From Octopus vulgaris (taxonomy: Eukaryota), in the NCBI GenBank assembly GCA_951406725.2, contig OX597830.1:33604001-33668000 (forward strand): 64,000 nucleotides of DNA, read 5' to 3'. A model generated the notes under the pieces. That model did no database searches and was not told the DNA's origin. It was given only the letters and a program-made list of their open reading frames with translations. Positions 25,381 through 39,435 of this stretch are shown piece after piece. Position numbers and translations under genes: made by a program. Positions within the stretch are counted from its first letter, which is position 1; each line of letters starts with the position of its first letter.

Positions 25381-25422
25381 GGTGATGCTCATTTACAACT
25401 GTCACATGATTTAAAGACAAGG

Positions 25423-25625
25423 AGCACAGAATTTTGTCAGTGAACAGGTCGTGGTCTCAAAGTGATGAAAACATTTTGGTAAATTAAATTTAAATGTTAA
25501 AGTGAATCTATTAGTTTTTGCGTGTTTATAAATGGCTTATAAACACCTTCCACACTGCAATTGTTTTTGTACCAGCATACGATTCTCAGATCAGGTCACT
25601 TGCTATGCAAGTACATCTCTGTAAT
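25423..25625 (+). mobile_element. Single arm of the G3-C8 hammerhead repeat (motif 25433-25483)
   Basis: UUUGUCA-GUGAACA-G-GUCGU..GUGAU-GAAA ACAU UU-UGGUAAA, then the family body. Confidence 0.8.
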
Positions 25626-25664
25626 ATATATATATATATAGATATGTGTGTGTATATATAGATA

Positions 25665-25711
<47 letters not shown>

Positions 25712-25914
25712 GCCTGTGTTCAGTCAATTGCAGAACAAAAGCCTCAGTATGTTCTTGCCATCAACGACAGTCTGATGTGGAGTCTGTGAATTTGAGCTTG
25801 CAATCATATTGGTTCGATAAGCCTACTCTTCCACATTGGCTCAACATGGCTTGGCTGAGTGGTGCAGTATTTTCATACTCTTATGAAGGAGTAGTTAAGT
25901 CAAGTTCAGTCAAG

Positions 25915-26072
25915 TGCATTGACCCCAGGGCTCAACTGATACTCATTTTATCGACCCTGAAAGGATGAAAGGCAAAGTTGATCTGGGCGGAATTCGAACT
26001 CAGAATGTAAGACTGGACAAAATACTGGTAAGCATTTCAACAAGCATGCCAACAATTTTGTCAGCTCCCCAG
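25915..26072 (-). mobile_element. SINE family D
   Basis: Reverse match to the family D body. Confidence 0.82.
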
Positions 26073-26074
26073 TT

Positions 26075-26152
<78 letters not shown>

Positions 26153-26219
26153 ACACACACACACACAACATGCACACACACATATACTCACGCACTGACA
26201 CACACTACACACACACATG

Positions 26220-26260
<41 letters not shown>

Positions 26261-26312
26261 TTTTTCTTTAATTTTTCTTTTCTTCAGACACACAAACAGA
26301 CACACAAACAGA

Positions 26313-26349
<37 letters not shown>

Positions 26350-26394
26350 GTATATATATATATATATATTCTTTTTCTTTAATTTTCCTTTTCT

Positions 26395-26780
26395 TCAACT
26401 TGTTTCAGTCATTTGACTGTGGCCATGCTGGAGCACCACCTTCTGTCGATTCCAGGACTTATTCTTTGTAAGCCTAGTACTTATTCTATCAGTCTTTTGC
26501 CGAACCGCTAAGTTACAGGGATGTAAACACACTGACATTGGTTGTCAAGCAATGTTGTGGGAACAAAGACAGACACACAAACAGACTCACACACACACAC
26601 ACACACACACACGCATGGCAGTCTTCTTTCAGTTTCTGTCTACCAAATTCACTCACAAGGCTTTGGTCAGCCCGAGACTATAGTAGAAAACGCTTGCCCA
26701 AGGTGTCATACAGTGGGACTGAACCCAGAACCATGTGGTTGGTAAGCATGCTACTTAACACAAAGCCGCTCCTGTGCCTG
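26395..26780 (-). mobile_element. SINE family A
   Basis: Reverse match. Confidence 0.9.
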
Positions 26781-26816
26781 TGCACATAGATATACATACA
26801 CACATATATATATATA

Positions 26817-27619
26817 TACACGGTCTGATCAATATCTGGACCGTTGCTGTAGTAAGAAAGCTAAAGCATGCAAGAGTGACGGTGCTTGGCACAGATTGAC
26901 CTTGAGCTCTGCTGTGTATGCACACTAAGTTTTAACATTCTAGCTCACTTCCACTGTTTACAGCAGTGCTTGGAAGTAACATGTGTAGTGTGTAATTGTC
27001 ACATTGACCATGACAGAGAAAGTTGAGCAGAGAATCTACATCAAATTTTGCCAAAACTTGGTGATACCTGCTCAGAGGCCTATGCAAAGTTTTCAAAAAG
27101 TTTTCATCATTCCTGACACAATTCAGGAGATCTTGTTGAACTGAAACCTTAGTGTCGTTTTGGTCTGCTGAAAGCAGTTTTGGCACAAACAGTGATAATG
27201 GATTGAGCTGAACCATAACTAATCTGCAAATCCTCTGATAACTCACAGATGGTGATTCAATGATTTACCCTCACAGCTGCATGCACATCTGTGATACTTT
27301 GCTCTTGGAAACGTCTGAACCACTTGTACACTTGTGTGTAGATCTTACACCCCTTTCCATACACTTTCTGCAACTTTATGCAGGCTTCTGAGCAGATGTC
27401 ACCATAACAACTTTCTCTTTCATGGTCAATGTGATGATCACACACTACACACTTTCCTTCCAAGCATGGCTATAAACAACAGAGGTGAGCTAGAACATTG
27501 AAAGTTAGTGTGCATGCACAGCTGAGTTCAAGGTCAGTCCATGCCTAGCAGCTTCACTCTGTATGCTTTAACTTCGGTACTAAGGCAACAATTTTGATAC
27601 TTATTGATCAAATCTTGTA
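26817..27619. mobile_element. Mariner-derived non-autonomous element made of two inverted 5' ends
   Basis: TA-flanked ends; + arm reads MTEKVEQRIYIKFCQ, - arm reads SEACIKLQKVYGKGCKIYTQVYKWFRRFQE (mariner HTH); arms ~26817-27100 / ~27360-27619. Confidence 0.82.
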
Positions 27620-27689
27620 TACGTACATACATACATACATAGACACACATATACACAGGATTTGTAAACTGCATCTCATGCTTACGTGT

Positions 27690-27862
27690 ATTAGTGGCAT
27701 TACAAAGCACTCTGTATCCTTTGTCAAGTAATTTGTGTTAGGAAGGTCATCCAGGCACAGAAACCACACTAAATCAAACACTGGTGCACGATGCAGTCCT
27801 TGGGTATTGAACCCTGTCAAACTATTCCCCTTGTGCTAGCATGGAACATGGATGTTAAATGG
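27690..27862 (+). mobile_element. SINE family E tail, degenerate
   Basis: gttaggaaggtcatccagg..gctagcatggaacatggatgttaaatg. Confidence 0.7.
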
Positions 27863-27959
27863 TGCTATACAAATGCTAAAAGCAAATTATTTCACATTTT
27901 CTCAGTTTCTGAATTCATGTGAAATAAACATGCTCCAGCAAGAGAATAAAAGAGTAGAA

Positions 27960-27997
<38 letters not shown>

Positions 27998-28003
<6 letters not shown>

Positions 28004-28306
28004 CCATTTGAGCGTGATCGTTACCAGCGTCGCCTTACTGGCAGCTGTGCCGGTGGCATGTGTAAAAAGATTCGAGCGAGGTCATTGCCAGTACCACCTT
28101 CCTGGCCCCAGTGCTGGAGGCATGTAAAAAGCACCCATTACACACTCGGAGTGGTTGGCATTAGGAAGGGCATCCAGCTGTAGAAAATCTGCCAGATCAA
28201 GATTGGACCCTGGTGCAGCCATCCGGTTTGCCAGCCCTCAGTCAAAATCGTTCAACCCATGCTAGCATGGAAAGCGGACGTTAAACGATGATGATGATGA
28301 TGATGA
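27998..28306 (+). mobile_element. SINE family E
   Basis: gg(t/a)ggcatg..taaaaag units plus the family E tail and (GAT)n. Confidence 0.88.
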
Positions 28307-28352
28307 TATATATATATAAATATATATATGTATCTATCTATCTATCTATCTA

Positions 28353-28429
<77 letters not shown>

Positions 28430-29379
28430 ATATGAAGAAATTGCAGATAGTATTTAGAAGTCATCAATATCTTTTGTAAAATTACTACCTCTGTTATAGT
28501 CTCAATGATATATTAAAAAATGTCACAAAAATACCTACTTTTAAGATGTGAATCTTGTTTGCTTTTGTATTACTGTACAACATAGATCTTATATTTAAAA
28601 CCTTGTAAGCAATTAGTAACCTTTTTTTAACACCTGTTTCTTTGACTAAATTTGCATATATCTTGGAGAGACTACAGGTGCAACATAGAGTTTCTGGATT
28701 TAGGAGATACTGTCAGAACGGAAGCTCTCTTATATTGTAGCAAACTAAGACAGGTAGGTCACATAATCTGTAAGGAAGATTAAAGAATTCAGATTAACCT
28801 AATCTGTATAAAATGATATTCTGTGAAAAAGTACCCTCAAAATTTATGATAAAATGACTACCTTAAATCTGTTCTGAAAAAGGTAAAGTTTGGTACCTTG
28901 GAGAAAAATACACTTTATACACCCAGGTGTTTTGAACAGAACACATTAAACATGCAAAATTGGAACAAGCGGCAAGAAAAGAAAAAGCCCCAAAATTCTA
29001 AAATCTCTTCAAACATTCATCTTGTACAATTCGTTACTGAGTTTTTATTTCTAAGGCTAGTCTTGTTAGTCATTCAAAATTTCATAACACAAATAAAGGT
29101 TACTAATGGTTCATTACCATCAGAAGCAATATATGTCTTTCTATTGGTGGCTTGAAAAGACGATAACAATCATCATGATTCTGCATTGCCTTTAACTGAG
29201 AAGAGACATTTATGTATTGGTTGTGACAAAACTTGCAGATCATCAGCTGGTCTAAAAAGTGATCTTCAGTTTGCAGCCATTAACAAGTAATGGCTATACT
29301 TATTTTTGAGTCAACTTCTTCCATTGTTTGTCAGTGTCTGTGTGCCAGTGCATTTCTGATATATATATATATGTTTATC

Positions 29380-29785
29380 AGAAGTGGCTGTATGGTAAGT
29401 AGCTTGCTTACCAACCACATGGTTCCAGGTTCATTCCTACTGCGTGGAACCTTGGGCAGGTGTTTTCTACTATAGCCTCGGGCCGATCAAAGCCTTGTGA
29501 GTGGATTTGGTAGATGGAAACTGAAAGAAGCCCGTCGTATATATGTATATATATATATGTATCTGTGTATATGTTTGTGTGTCTGTGTTTGTCCCCACAA
29601 CATTGCTTGACAACCAATGCTGGTGTGTTTATGTCCCAGTAACTTAGCAGTTCTGCAAAAGTGACCGATAGAATAAGTACTAGGCTTCCAAAGAGTAAGT
29701 CCTGGGGTTTATTTGCTTGACTAAGGGTGGTGCTCCAGCATGGCCACAGTCAAATGACTAAAACAAGTAAAACAGTAAAACAGTA
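29380..29785 (+). mobile_element. SINE family A
   Basis: Full-length match. Confidence 0.92.
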
Positions 29786-30489
29786 TATATATATATATAT
29801 ATATATTACTGTTGCACAAGTCTTTCAGTGTGCTGATAGATTTTTCTGAAAGGTATGTTACCTTCAAGAAGATGCATCAACATTGAAACTCTTCTTCATA
29901 GTTTTTGAGACCTAAACCATGAACCATTTTGTGTGTGTGTGTGTATGTATGTATGTAGATATGTATGTCTGTATGTATGTAGATATGTATGTCTGTATGT
30001 ATGTAGATATGTATGTTTCCATGTATGTGTGTACTGTATGTTGAGAAGTTCAAAATGATACTTAATATCAAGGATTGAGTGTCGTTTATAGTTATTGGAA
30101 GTAGTAGCTTTCATCTAGTCATTTGAATTTCACATTCCTGATCATCAGGCAACATATAAAATGTACAAGATGCGATGTGCCAGTTACAGTAAATATATAC
30201 AAGAGTGCACATTTTGATGCAAGTCTGACAAAGTGCCACTCTCATATTTAAAAGAGCAAATATTGTGTAACATTTCACACGGGAATTTTGTATGTGTTGG
30301 TATTAAAAACAGAGTTGGTACTGAAACAATTGTAACTGATCATTAAAGATGTGCAAAGCACTTTCTCTGTCTTATTTGGATTATGTATATATTTATTGAT
30401 TGATAGATGTTTTTAGCTGGGGTTTTTTAAGTTAAACAAGGCAAGTTATAAGAAATATTGCAAAACAATGAATTGTACTTTTAGCTTGC

Positions 30490-30529
30490 ATTTCAATATT
30501 TCGGGGTTAGGACCTCTTCTTCAGGAAAT
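30490..30529 (-). ncRNA. Minimal type I hammerhead motif, intact core
   Basis: AUUUC-CUGAAGA-A-GAGG UCCUAA CCCC-GAAA UA UU-GAAAU. Confidence 0.7.
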
Positions 30530-30576
30530 CTTTAGAGATGTGGTGTTTTGAGCTGACTTCTCTGTTCAGAAGTGAT

Positions 30577-30618
<42 letters not shown>

Positions 30619-31019
30619 TATGTGTGTATATATATGCATATATGTATGTATGTATGTATATATATATATATAATGACTGCAAGGAAAAGAAGATGATTAA
30701 ATTATATATAAATATATATATAAACTAAAAATAAAATGAAACTACTTCTGTAAATGTTAGAGAGTAGAGGTAGTTCAGTAAGAACAAAAGTATATTGTCG
30801 TTATATACAAAATTCTTCTTAGCAGAAACCATAATAATTTGGTCAGATTTAAATAATTTTATGTGGGAAATAAACAGAAGTCAAATTTATGCATCATTGG
30901 TTTGGACTTCTCGAATTTTGACTCTTTCTCAAATCTCTCTTAACTCTCTGTTTCTTGTTTCTCTTTGGTATTTCATCTCTCTCACTTGTTTCTATAATAA
31001 TAATAATAATAATAATTCT

Positions 31020-31132
31020 TATTTCTTTATTGCCCACAAGGGGCTAAACATAGAGGGGACAAACAAGGACAGACAAAATGATTACGTCAATTACATCGAC
31101 CCCAGTGCGTAACTGGTACTTAATTTATCGAT
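31020..31132 (-). mobile_element. SINE family D 3' half
   Basis: tttctttattgcccacaaggggctaaacatagaggggacaaacaaggacagac..gaccccagtgcgtaactggtact. Confidence 0.85.
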
Positions 31133-32101
31133 AATAATGAAATTATTGTATACAGTGCTCAGGTGCACCACCTCTCTCTCTCTCTCTCTCTCTCCTTCTC
31201 TTTCTCACAGCTCTTCTTTCTTGAATCAGTCTAGAGTCTCTCTCTCTCTCTCTCATTTGACTTGTCTTCACTCTACTCTTCTTCCTCCTTTTTTGTCTCT
31301 TCAATGTATCCCACAATGCTCGAAAATGTCCAATATGGCTGCCATGTGAAAATGTCTCCCACCACTTGAAAGTAAAAACAACATACTTGAATTGAAAGGA
31401 GATATTTTCAAGTTAAATGTAAATTTGCAATATATTATATAAGAACTATTGAGCAGTTTCAATTGTAGATAAGTACAAAAGTCAAAAGAACATCTCAATT
31501 ACAATTAAATTTGCTTATATCTAATGATTTTTTGTCTTTACTTTTTCTATGTATCTGTTTCTTTTGTTCGTGTTTGTGGATTAGATTTATAATTTTTTTT
31601 TCTTTATATTTTTAATTATTACGAAGGAATTGATTTCATCTCTAAGAACAAATGTCTGGGTTATGAGAAATTTACTTTCATGATTGACATTCAGCTATAC
31701 TTTTCCTTTGTTTTCTCTTTTGCATGTATTTAATATTTTTAGCTTTTTTTTTTTGTTTTTGTTTTTTTTTTTTGTCTTTCTGTCTGTTTCAAATTCTAGC
31801 TGGAGACATTGAGAAACGAGAGCAGCTTAAAGAAAATTGTTAGTGTGCATATTAATAAATTACCGAGTATGTTTAATTAACAGAAATTTAATAAAAGCTC
31901 AATCATGCTGTTATATTGATGGAAACACGTCTTCAATATTTCATTGAGGATATGTGTGTACATGTATACACACACACACACACACACATCTTTCTATCTG
32001 TCTGTCTCTCTTTCTCTCTCTCTCTCTCACTATATGTACATATATGTGTGTGTGTTAAATGAAAGATGAGAGATGGAACATATGGGATATTTATTAATCA
32101 C

Positions 32102-32140
<39 letters not shown>

Positions 32141-32340
32141 CAGACACACACATGCATATATATATGCTATATATATATACATACATATATGATGATGATG
32201 ATGATGATGATGATATGTGTATATGGAGAGAGAGAAATCTTTTTCTTTATCTCTCTTCACATTCAGTCACTTCAGCCATATAACTAACTACACAAGTGTT
32301 TTTCTCGGACTATTCTCTTCCTTCTCTCCAGACTTTTCCT

Positions 32341-32372
32341 CTTTCTGATGAAGAGCCATGCTCAAAACATCT
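32341..32372 (+). ncRNA. Degenerate hammerhead remnant
   Basis: CUGAUGA-A-GAGC CAU GCUC-(A)AAAC; stem I partner lost; a more decayed relative is at 55191-55230. Confidence 0.4.
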
Positions 32373-32999
32373 CACTCCCTTTTTTTCCATCATAAACTTG
32401 CTCTGAGTCTCAACCTAATACATTCACTGTGTTCGTCCTTTTGACTTTTGCTGCTTTTCCTGTTTTTATAATTGCTATTAATTTCTATTTGCTTATATAT
32501 ATATTTTTATATATATATATGTACATATGTATATATATATTTGCCTATATACGCCTGTTATTGTATGTGTGGAATAGTTTTATGACACATCCATTTGATA
32601 TATAAACAAATTTGTTCTAACTGTCCTGATTTGTTACCACTTTAACCCTCTGCAAAGAATCCCAAATTATTTTAATTTAATTTGCTTTACGGGAAGGATT
32701 GTTTTAATGAAGTCGCATCTTGTCCCTACCTTCGAAACATGCAGTAGATAAAACAGGGAACAACTGATGAAGGGAACGTTCTTTATGTTGCCTCTCTCGT
32801 TTCTCTATTTGTTTCTTCTGTTATTCAAAAAAAGTTCGTTTTCCATGCTTTTGTTTTTATGTTCTCATTTCTCATTTTGTTCATTTTTGTTTTTGACATC
32901 CTGTACCTATGTATGAATGTATATGTACATATATATGTAAGCATGTACATGTATGTGTGTATATATGCATATATATATATATTATTTTATCATATATAT

Positions 33000-33336
33000 G
33001 CTGAGACCCCCCCTTCGGTCATGACTGACCATGGGATTGCACCTAGAAAGTTACCCTCGGAGGCACAAGTCTGGGCAAGGTTGTTTATAGAAGACCAACA
33101 GTCGCCTATGCATACCAGCCTCCCCTCTCCACACCACCAGTGTTATCTAAGGGAAAGGCAAAGGGGTCAATACAGCTTGGCACCCGTGACGTTGCAACTC
33201 ATTTCTGAATGAACTGGAATAATGTGAAATAAAGTGTCTTGCTCAAGGAAGCAACACGCAGCCCGGTCTGAGATTTGAACTCACAACCTCATGATCGTAA
33301 GCTCGATGCTCTAACCACTGAGCCATGCACCTTCAC
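33000..33336 (-). mobile_element. SINE family F, full length
   Basis: Reverse strand reads gaaggtgcatggctcagtggttagagc (A-box)..gagttcaaatctc (B-box)..ccttgagcaagacacttt. Confidence 0.9.
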
Positions 33337-33594
33337 TATTATATACATATATATATATATGTCTCTCTCTATCTGTATCTCTCTCACTATATTTATCTAT
33401 CTATTTATCTATCTATCTAGTTAACGTTAAGGCACATAGCCTTGTGGTTTTGGGATAAGCTCAGGGATTCAATTTTCTGAACTCAGTGGAACATTGTATC
33501 ATTGAGTAATACACCTCATTTCACATTACTCTTATTTGCTCAGCTGTAAATGAGTAACAACTAAAGTACTAGCATAACAGATCAAATATATATA

Positions 33595-33654
<60 letters not shown>

Positions 33655-34129
33655 TACATACAGTGGATACTACACTATTTCTGCACACCAAATTCTGCAA
33701 TGTTTTGGTTAAACTAATGCAACATTTGCTGAAAATTGTCCAAGATGTAGCATAATAGGAGCATAAAGGCTCACATATGAATGTGAAGCAGATCTCTTCA
33801 TTCCCCAGCAATGCCATCCTAAATACAAAATATCCAATGTTTCACAGATTTTGGTATCAACTTTGTTCTGTGGTCATTAACCTGAAAATCTTCAGTGAAA
33901 AGGAAACTTTTGAGGTAGAGTACAAAATAGTTCCTGGAACAATATAATCTCTGCATTATTCCAATTTTGGAATATAATCTGCCAAAGCTATTTAGATGTT
34001 TTATGATTATTGTTGGTGAATGCATCTGTTTCAGAGTGTGTGCAAAATGAAATGCTTGACTATCCACGCAAATTTGCGCCTCCAAACTTATATTATGTGT
34101 ATGTATGTATATCTGTGTGTTTTACATAT

Positions 34130-34281
34130 TCATCATGTGTGTGTGTGCGTATATATATATATATACATGTGCACACATATACACACACATATACACATAC
34201 ATACATATATACATATATACATACATACATACATGCATGCATACATAACATATATACATATATACATACATACATGCATGC

Positions 34282-34344
<63 letters not shown>

Positions 34345-34878
34345 TGCATATATATATATATATATATATACATACACACATACATATATATACACGTATA
34401 CGTATATATATATATATATACAAATGCTAGTAATGAAATAATTGAAACATTCGTGTAAATATCATTGTGAAGATTTTCATCTTTTATTTAATTTATGGAT
34501 ATTTGGAAACAACGATATTGTGTAAGACTTCCGCAAAGGAAAATTCCTTTAAAAAAAACACCAAAAATAAAGTAACTATATAAATTTCAATAAGATGAAG
34601 ACAGTGATGATGATGATGATGATGGTAATAATGAAGAGGACAATAAGAAGGATAATAACAATGATGATAATAATAATAATAATGATAATAATAATAATAA
34701 TAATGATAATAATAATAATAATAATAGTAATAATGAAGATAATGGCTGAAAATAATATTGATGATAATGGTAATAATGAGGGTGATAATAATAAGAAAAT
34801 TATTATAATAATATTAACTATGATAATACTAATGATATTGATGATAATGATAATTATGATGATTATAAGAGTGATGAC

Positions 34879-34924
<46 letters not shown>

Positions 34925-35089
34925 ATAATGATGATAATGAGAATGAGGATAAAGAGAAGGTAGGGGGATAATTGTATTGAAAATGATAATGGCAATTATG
35001 CTATGACTAATAATGTTAAGGATACTAACAATAGAACTAGAAATAGTAGTCGTAGTAGTAGTAGTAGTAATAATAATAATAATAATAAT

Positions 35090-35129
<40 letters not shown>

Positions 35130-35445
35130 GTAATAATGAAAATGGTTGAAACAATGTGCAAAATAAGAATGAAAACAATATGATGATAATGATGATAATT
35201 CTTTTTATAATAATAATCTTTTATTTACAATAATGAGGATGACAATAATAAAGAGGATTATAATAATAATAATGATATCTTTATTTAATAATAATAATAA
35301 ATAATAATGAAATCACGATAAACAAACATGCTACAAATAAAATATATTTGTAATTGCATTATAATTTTTCTACAATTTGTATTCATTGCTTATCATTGAA
35401 ATGAATAAATGATATCAAAAGGAATAATATATACATATACATACA

Positions 35446-35537
<92 letters not shown>

Positions 35538-36225
35538 ATATATACATATATATACATATATATATATGTGTATGTATATATATGTATGTATATGTGTAGG
35601 TGTATATATGTACATTTCTACATATGTGTGTATGCATGTATGTGCATGTATAAAATCTTGTGAGATAAAAAGAGAGACAAAGGATATACACAGGAATGAA
35701 ATGCAAGTATACAGAAATGAACTTTGTCAACAATATCTGTCAGTTGAATATATATCTTTAAATGCAAATGCATATATGTGTGTATATGCTTGTGTATATA
35801 TATATAGATATATATATATTTGTTCACACATATACATAATTTTATATAATATTTATATACATATATATATATATGGTGAGAATACATATACATTTAAGCC
35901 TGTGCATCCTTTTACAGTTAACTTATATAAATATGGAAGGGCCTATCTTTGTATAGTTAAGTATCGGTAATTGTGATATAATTATATTCATATGTATCAT
36001 TAAATGCACACTTGCATGCACCAATATGTAAATATAACTAATACATATATATATTTGCATGTGCATATGTGTGTGTGCATGTGGTATAATGCAACAATGT
36101 GTATCACACAATGTGTATCACACAATGTGTATGTTGCATATATAATGATGATGATATATACATATGTGTGTATGTATGTATATATACATACATATATATA
36201 CATATACATATATATATACATACAT

Positions 36226-36256
<31 letters not shown>

Positions 36257-37400
36257 GATATAGATAGATAGATAGATATCCATATATAAGCACACACACA
36301 TACAAGCACTTATAGACGAAGAAATACTATATACATATGTAGCTATATCACAGTTAGAAATATATAATACTGCACATACCTACACATCATCATCATCATT
36401 AAACAGATTACATCACATACATAGACTCCCACTCTCTCTCTCTCTCTCACACATACACACAAACACATACGTACACACACACACGTATGTAACCTGTGCA
36501 TCTCTGAAAAATCCAACAATAGTGTATATCTTATAATATTAAGGAGGAAATGACGAAATAATAGTTTCTCTTTGTTGTTTTGCATCTGCCTTTATTGTTT
36601 CTGTTCAATAGGGAATGTTCTATACTTTCACACGTACACAGCATACATATACATACAAGCCACACACACACACACATGTATATTCACATATACCTATGAG
36701 TGTATGTGTGTGTGTGTGTGTATATATATATATGTGTGTGTGTGCGTATATATATCTATATATGTGTGTGTGTGCATATATATATACATATATTTATATA
36801 TATACATACATATGTATATATGTATACAAACTCATATTAATATATATATGGTTGCATTCTCTTCTGACCCCTTTACACATACTATTATGTACATCTTTAG
36901 CTGAATTTCACCATAATCACACTAATAGACAATGATAATTTACTAAACAGCATGTACACATATATACATATGCATGCACACATGCACATACATACATATA
37001 TATATATGCAAAGACATGTTTTATACATAAAGATACACTTGCATAAGGACTTGCATATGCACATATATGTGTGCACACTAACACACATTCACACTCACAC
37101 AAGTGCACAAGCATTTGCTCTTTACACACACATGCATGCACGCACAAAAATATGCTTGCACATATGCAGAAAAATGTACACGTTCACATGCACACAAAAC
37201 ATGTGCATATACGCACATTTGCGTGCACACAAAAACGTATGCTAACACACTCAGTATAACCACTCGCAAACACGCAAACGAAATTACGCAGCAAAACAGA
37301 AACACAATCACACGTAAACGCACACACAAAAAGAAATACAAACACACAAACACACACACACACACACACACACATACACACAAACACGCACACATTCTCA
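34130..37400. repeat. Low-complexity block: (TA)n, (TACA)n, (ATG/AAT)n at 34595-35330, degenerate (CA/TG)n
   Basis: Direct. Confidence 0.93.
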
Positions 37401-37942
37401 CAAACAATAACCACAAAGCGAAACAAAATCGGAAACAAAACAAATATTTTGTTTGTTTTTTTCTGTTTTGTTTTTTAACGAATTTCATCAAATTCCAAGA
37501 TATATTTCATAAGTCTTCCCATAATGGGATTTCAATGCATCTCCTCCTCCTCCTCCTCCCCCCCAATTATACACAAAACTAATAAAGCCCCACCACCACC
37601 ACCCAACCACCCCCTTCCTTCTATACTGTTCTTATTGAATCTTTTTTTTTTCTGTTTACCATCTTCTTAGCGCTGCTCTAGAAAACAAAAGACTCTCAAC
37701 AAATTGATCTTGGTATCTTGCTATCTTTGCTGGAATGTTCAAATGTTATCTTTATAAACAAAACAATTTAGTTTTGTGGTAGAAAGCAAAATCTAGTGTA
37801 GGATCTGTTTTATTATGACGATTGTTCATTATTAGCATTATCATTATCCTCATCTTCACCATTAAAGCCACTGTGATTATCATTTGCCATATTGTTGCCA
37901 TTCTTGTCATTATAATCATTATGGTCATTATTATTATTATCA

Positions 37943-37977
<35 letters not shown>

Positions 37978-38002
37978 GTCAGAGTTGTTGTTATAATAAT
38001 TA

Positions 38003-38218
38003 CTGAGGTAAGTGGTTTGGTGGAATCATTAGAGCATTGGATAAAATGCCATTGTGATATTTCTTTTAACTCTTCACATTGTGAGTTCAAATACTGCTGA
38101 AGTGAACTTTGCTTTTCGTTCTTTCAGGGTTGATAAAATAGAGTAAGTGTCAAGGAATCAAGTATTGAAGGCCATCATAATTGCCTAACCATCCCCATAA
38201 AATTTGAGACCTTTTGTT
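38003..38218 (+). mobile_element. SINE family D, degenerate
   Basis: gtgagttcaaatactgctgaagtgaactttgcttttcgttctttcagggttgataaaa. Confidence 0.75.
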
Positions 38219-38239
38219 TATAATAATAAGAAATTTTAT

Positions 38240-38605
38240 TATTACCTCCGCCTTAGTGAAGGCGGAGGTATTGTTTTCAGTCGTGTTTGTTTGTCCATGG
38301 ACAAGATATCTCAAGAACTACTGGATGGTTTCGGATGAAACTTTAATGGATGTTTGGGCTCGTGACTGGCACAAACAGAATAGATTTTGGGATTGATCTG
38401 GTACTGGAGAAGGAAACAGGCTTATTTTTCCTGTTCTTTTTACTTAAGTTTTGAGAGCAGTCAGGTTCATTTTTAGTATTCTCATTTGTGAGAGCAGTTG
38501 AGTTTATTTCAGATATTCTCATTTTAAGAATCATCTCTGGCTAATTGTTGAGAGGATGTTGGTGTTGCCATGGTGGAGGTAATGCACTCTCTGAGTGCTC
38601 TTGTT
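38240..38605 (+). mobile_element. Helentron-associated non-autonomous element (HINE / DINE-1-like architecture)
   Basis: 5' subTIR with inverted partner (tacctccgcctt agtg aaggcggaggta), short (GTTT)n, 3' subTIR ggtggaggtaa followed by stem-loop gcactc tct gagtgc and a T-rich end. Confidence 0.75.
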
Positions 38606-38627
38606 ATAATTATAATCATTGCCATTA

Positions 38628-38840
38628 AGATGGTGAGCTGGCTGGATTGTTAGTACACTGGATGAAATGGTTAGCAGCATTTTGCTTGTCGCTGTATTCT
38701 GAGTTGAAATTTCACTGAGGTCAACTTTGCCTCTCATCATTTCAGGGTCAATAAATTAAATACCAGTGAAACACTGGGGTCGATGTAAACGACTAGCCTC
38801 CTACCCAGAAATTTCAGGGCTTATGCCTTTAATAGACAGG

Positions 38841-38885
<45 letters not shown>

Positions 38886-39004
38886 CTGCAAAAGTCAACG
38901 TTGCCTTTCATCCCTTCAGGGTTGATTAATTAAGTACCAGTGAAACACGGGAGTCGATGTTATCAAATATCCCCCTCCTTTGAATTTCAGACCTTGTGCC
39001 TTTA
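38628..39004 (+). mobile_element. SINE family D (38628-38842) plus a second partial copy (38890-39004; tail resumes 39356-39378)
   Basis: Family D body matches; the second copy's tail is split by the TSD-flanked element. Confidence 0.82.
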
Positions 39005-39355
39005 CAGTTCTATATTTAAGAGATGAGGAATTATGTACATTATTTACATTATTTACGTTATTTACATTTGACAGATATTTGTCCTCATCTTGTTTGTTGT
39101 TAACACAACGTTTGAGTTCCAGGCAGTGACCTGAATAATAATAATAACAATAACAACAACAACAACAGCAGCAGCAGCAGCAGCAGCAACAACAACAACA
39201 ACAACACCAACAAAAATACCTTAGGAATGAGAACCTAGGTTCGAAATTTCACCAAGACACCTGATGAAGGCTGGAGGGTGTATTAGCCGAAATGTATTAA
39301 CAACAAACAAGATGAGGACAAATATCCGTCAAATGTAAATAATGTAAATAATGTA
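39005..39355 (+). mobile_element. Hammerhead-bearing fold-back element with a perfect 12 bp TSD
   Basis: TSD cttgtgccttta at 38993-39004 and 39356-39367; inverted arms; central (AAT)(AAC)(AGC)n; GACAC-CUGAUGA-A-GGCUG..UAGCC-GAAA at 39256-39292. Confidence 0.88.
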
Positions 39356-39435
39356 CTTGTGCCTTTAGTAGAAAGGATTATTATTGTAATTATTATTATT
39401 ATTGTTGTAATTATTGCCATAATTGTATTACAATA

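Noticed and set aside
30115-30155. Minus-strand CUGAUGA..GAAA
   Set aside because: Weak stem II and no valid UH site followed by stem I
32755-32800. CUGAUGA plus hairpin, also at 50395 and 46592
   Set aside because: No GAAA after the hairpin; 32640-32920 and 50280-50540 look like one repeat family that I could not classify
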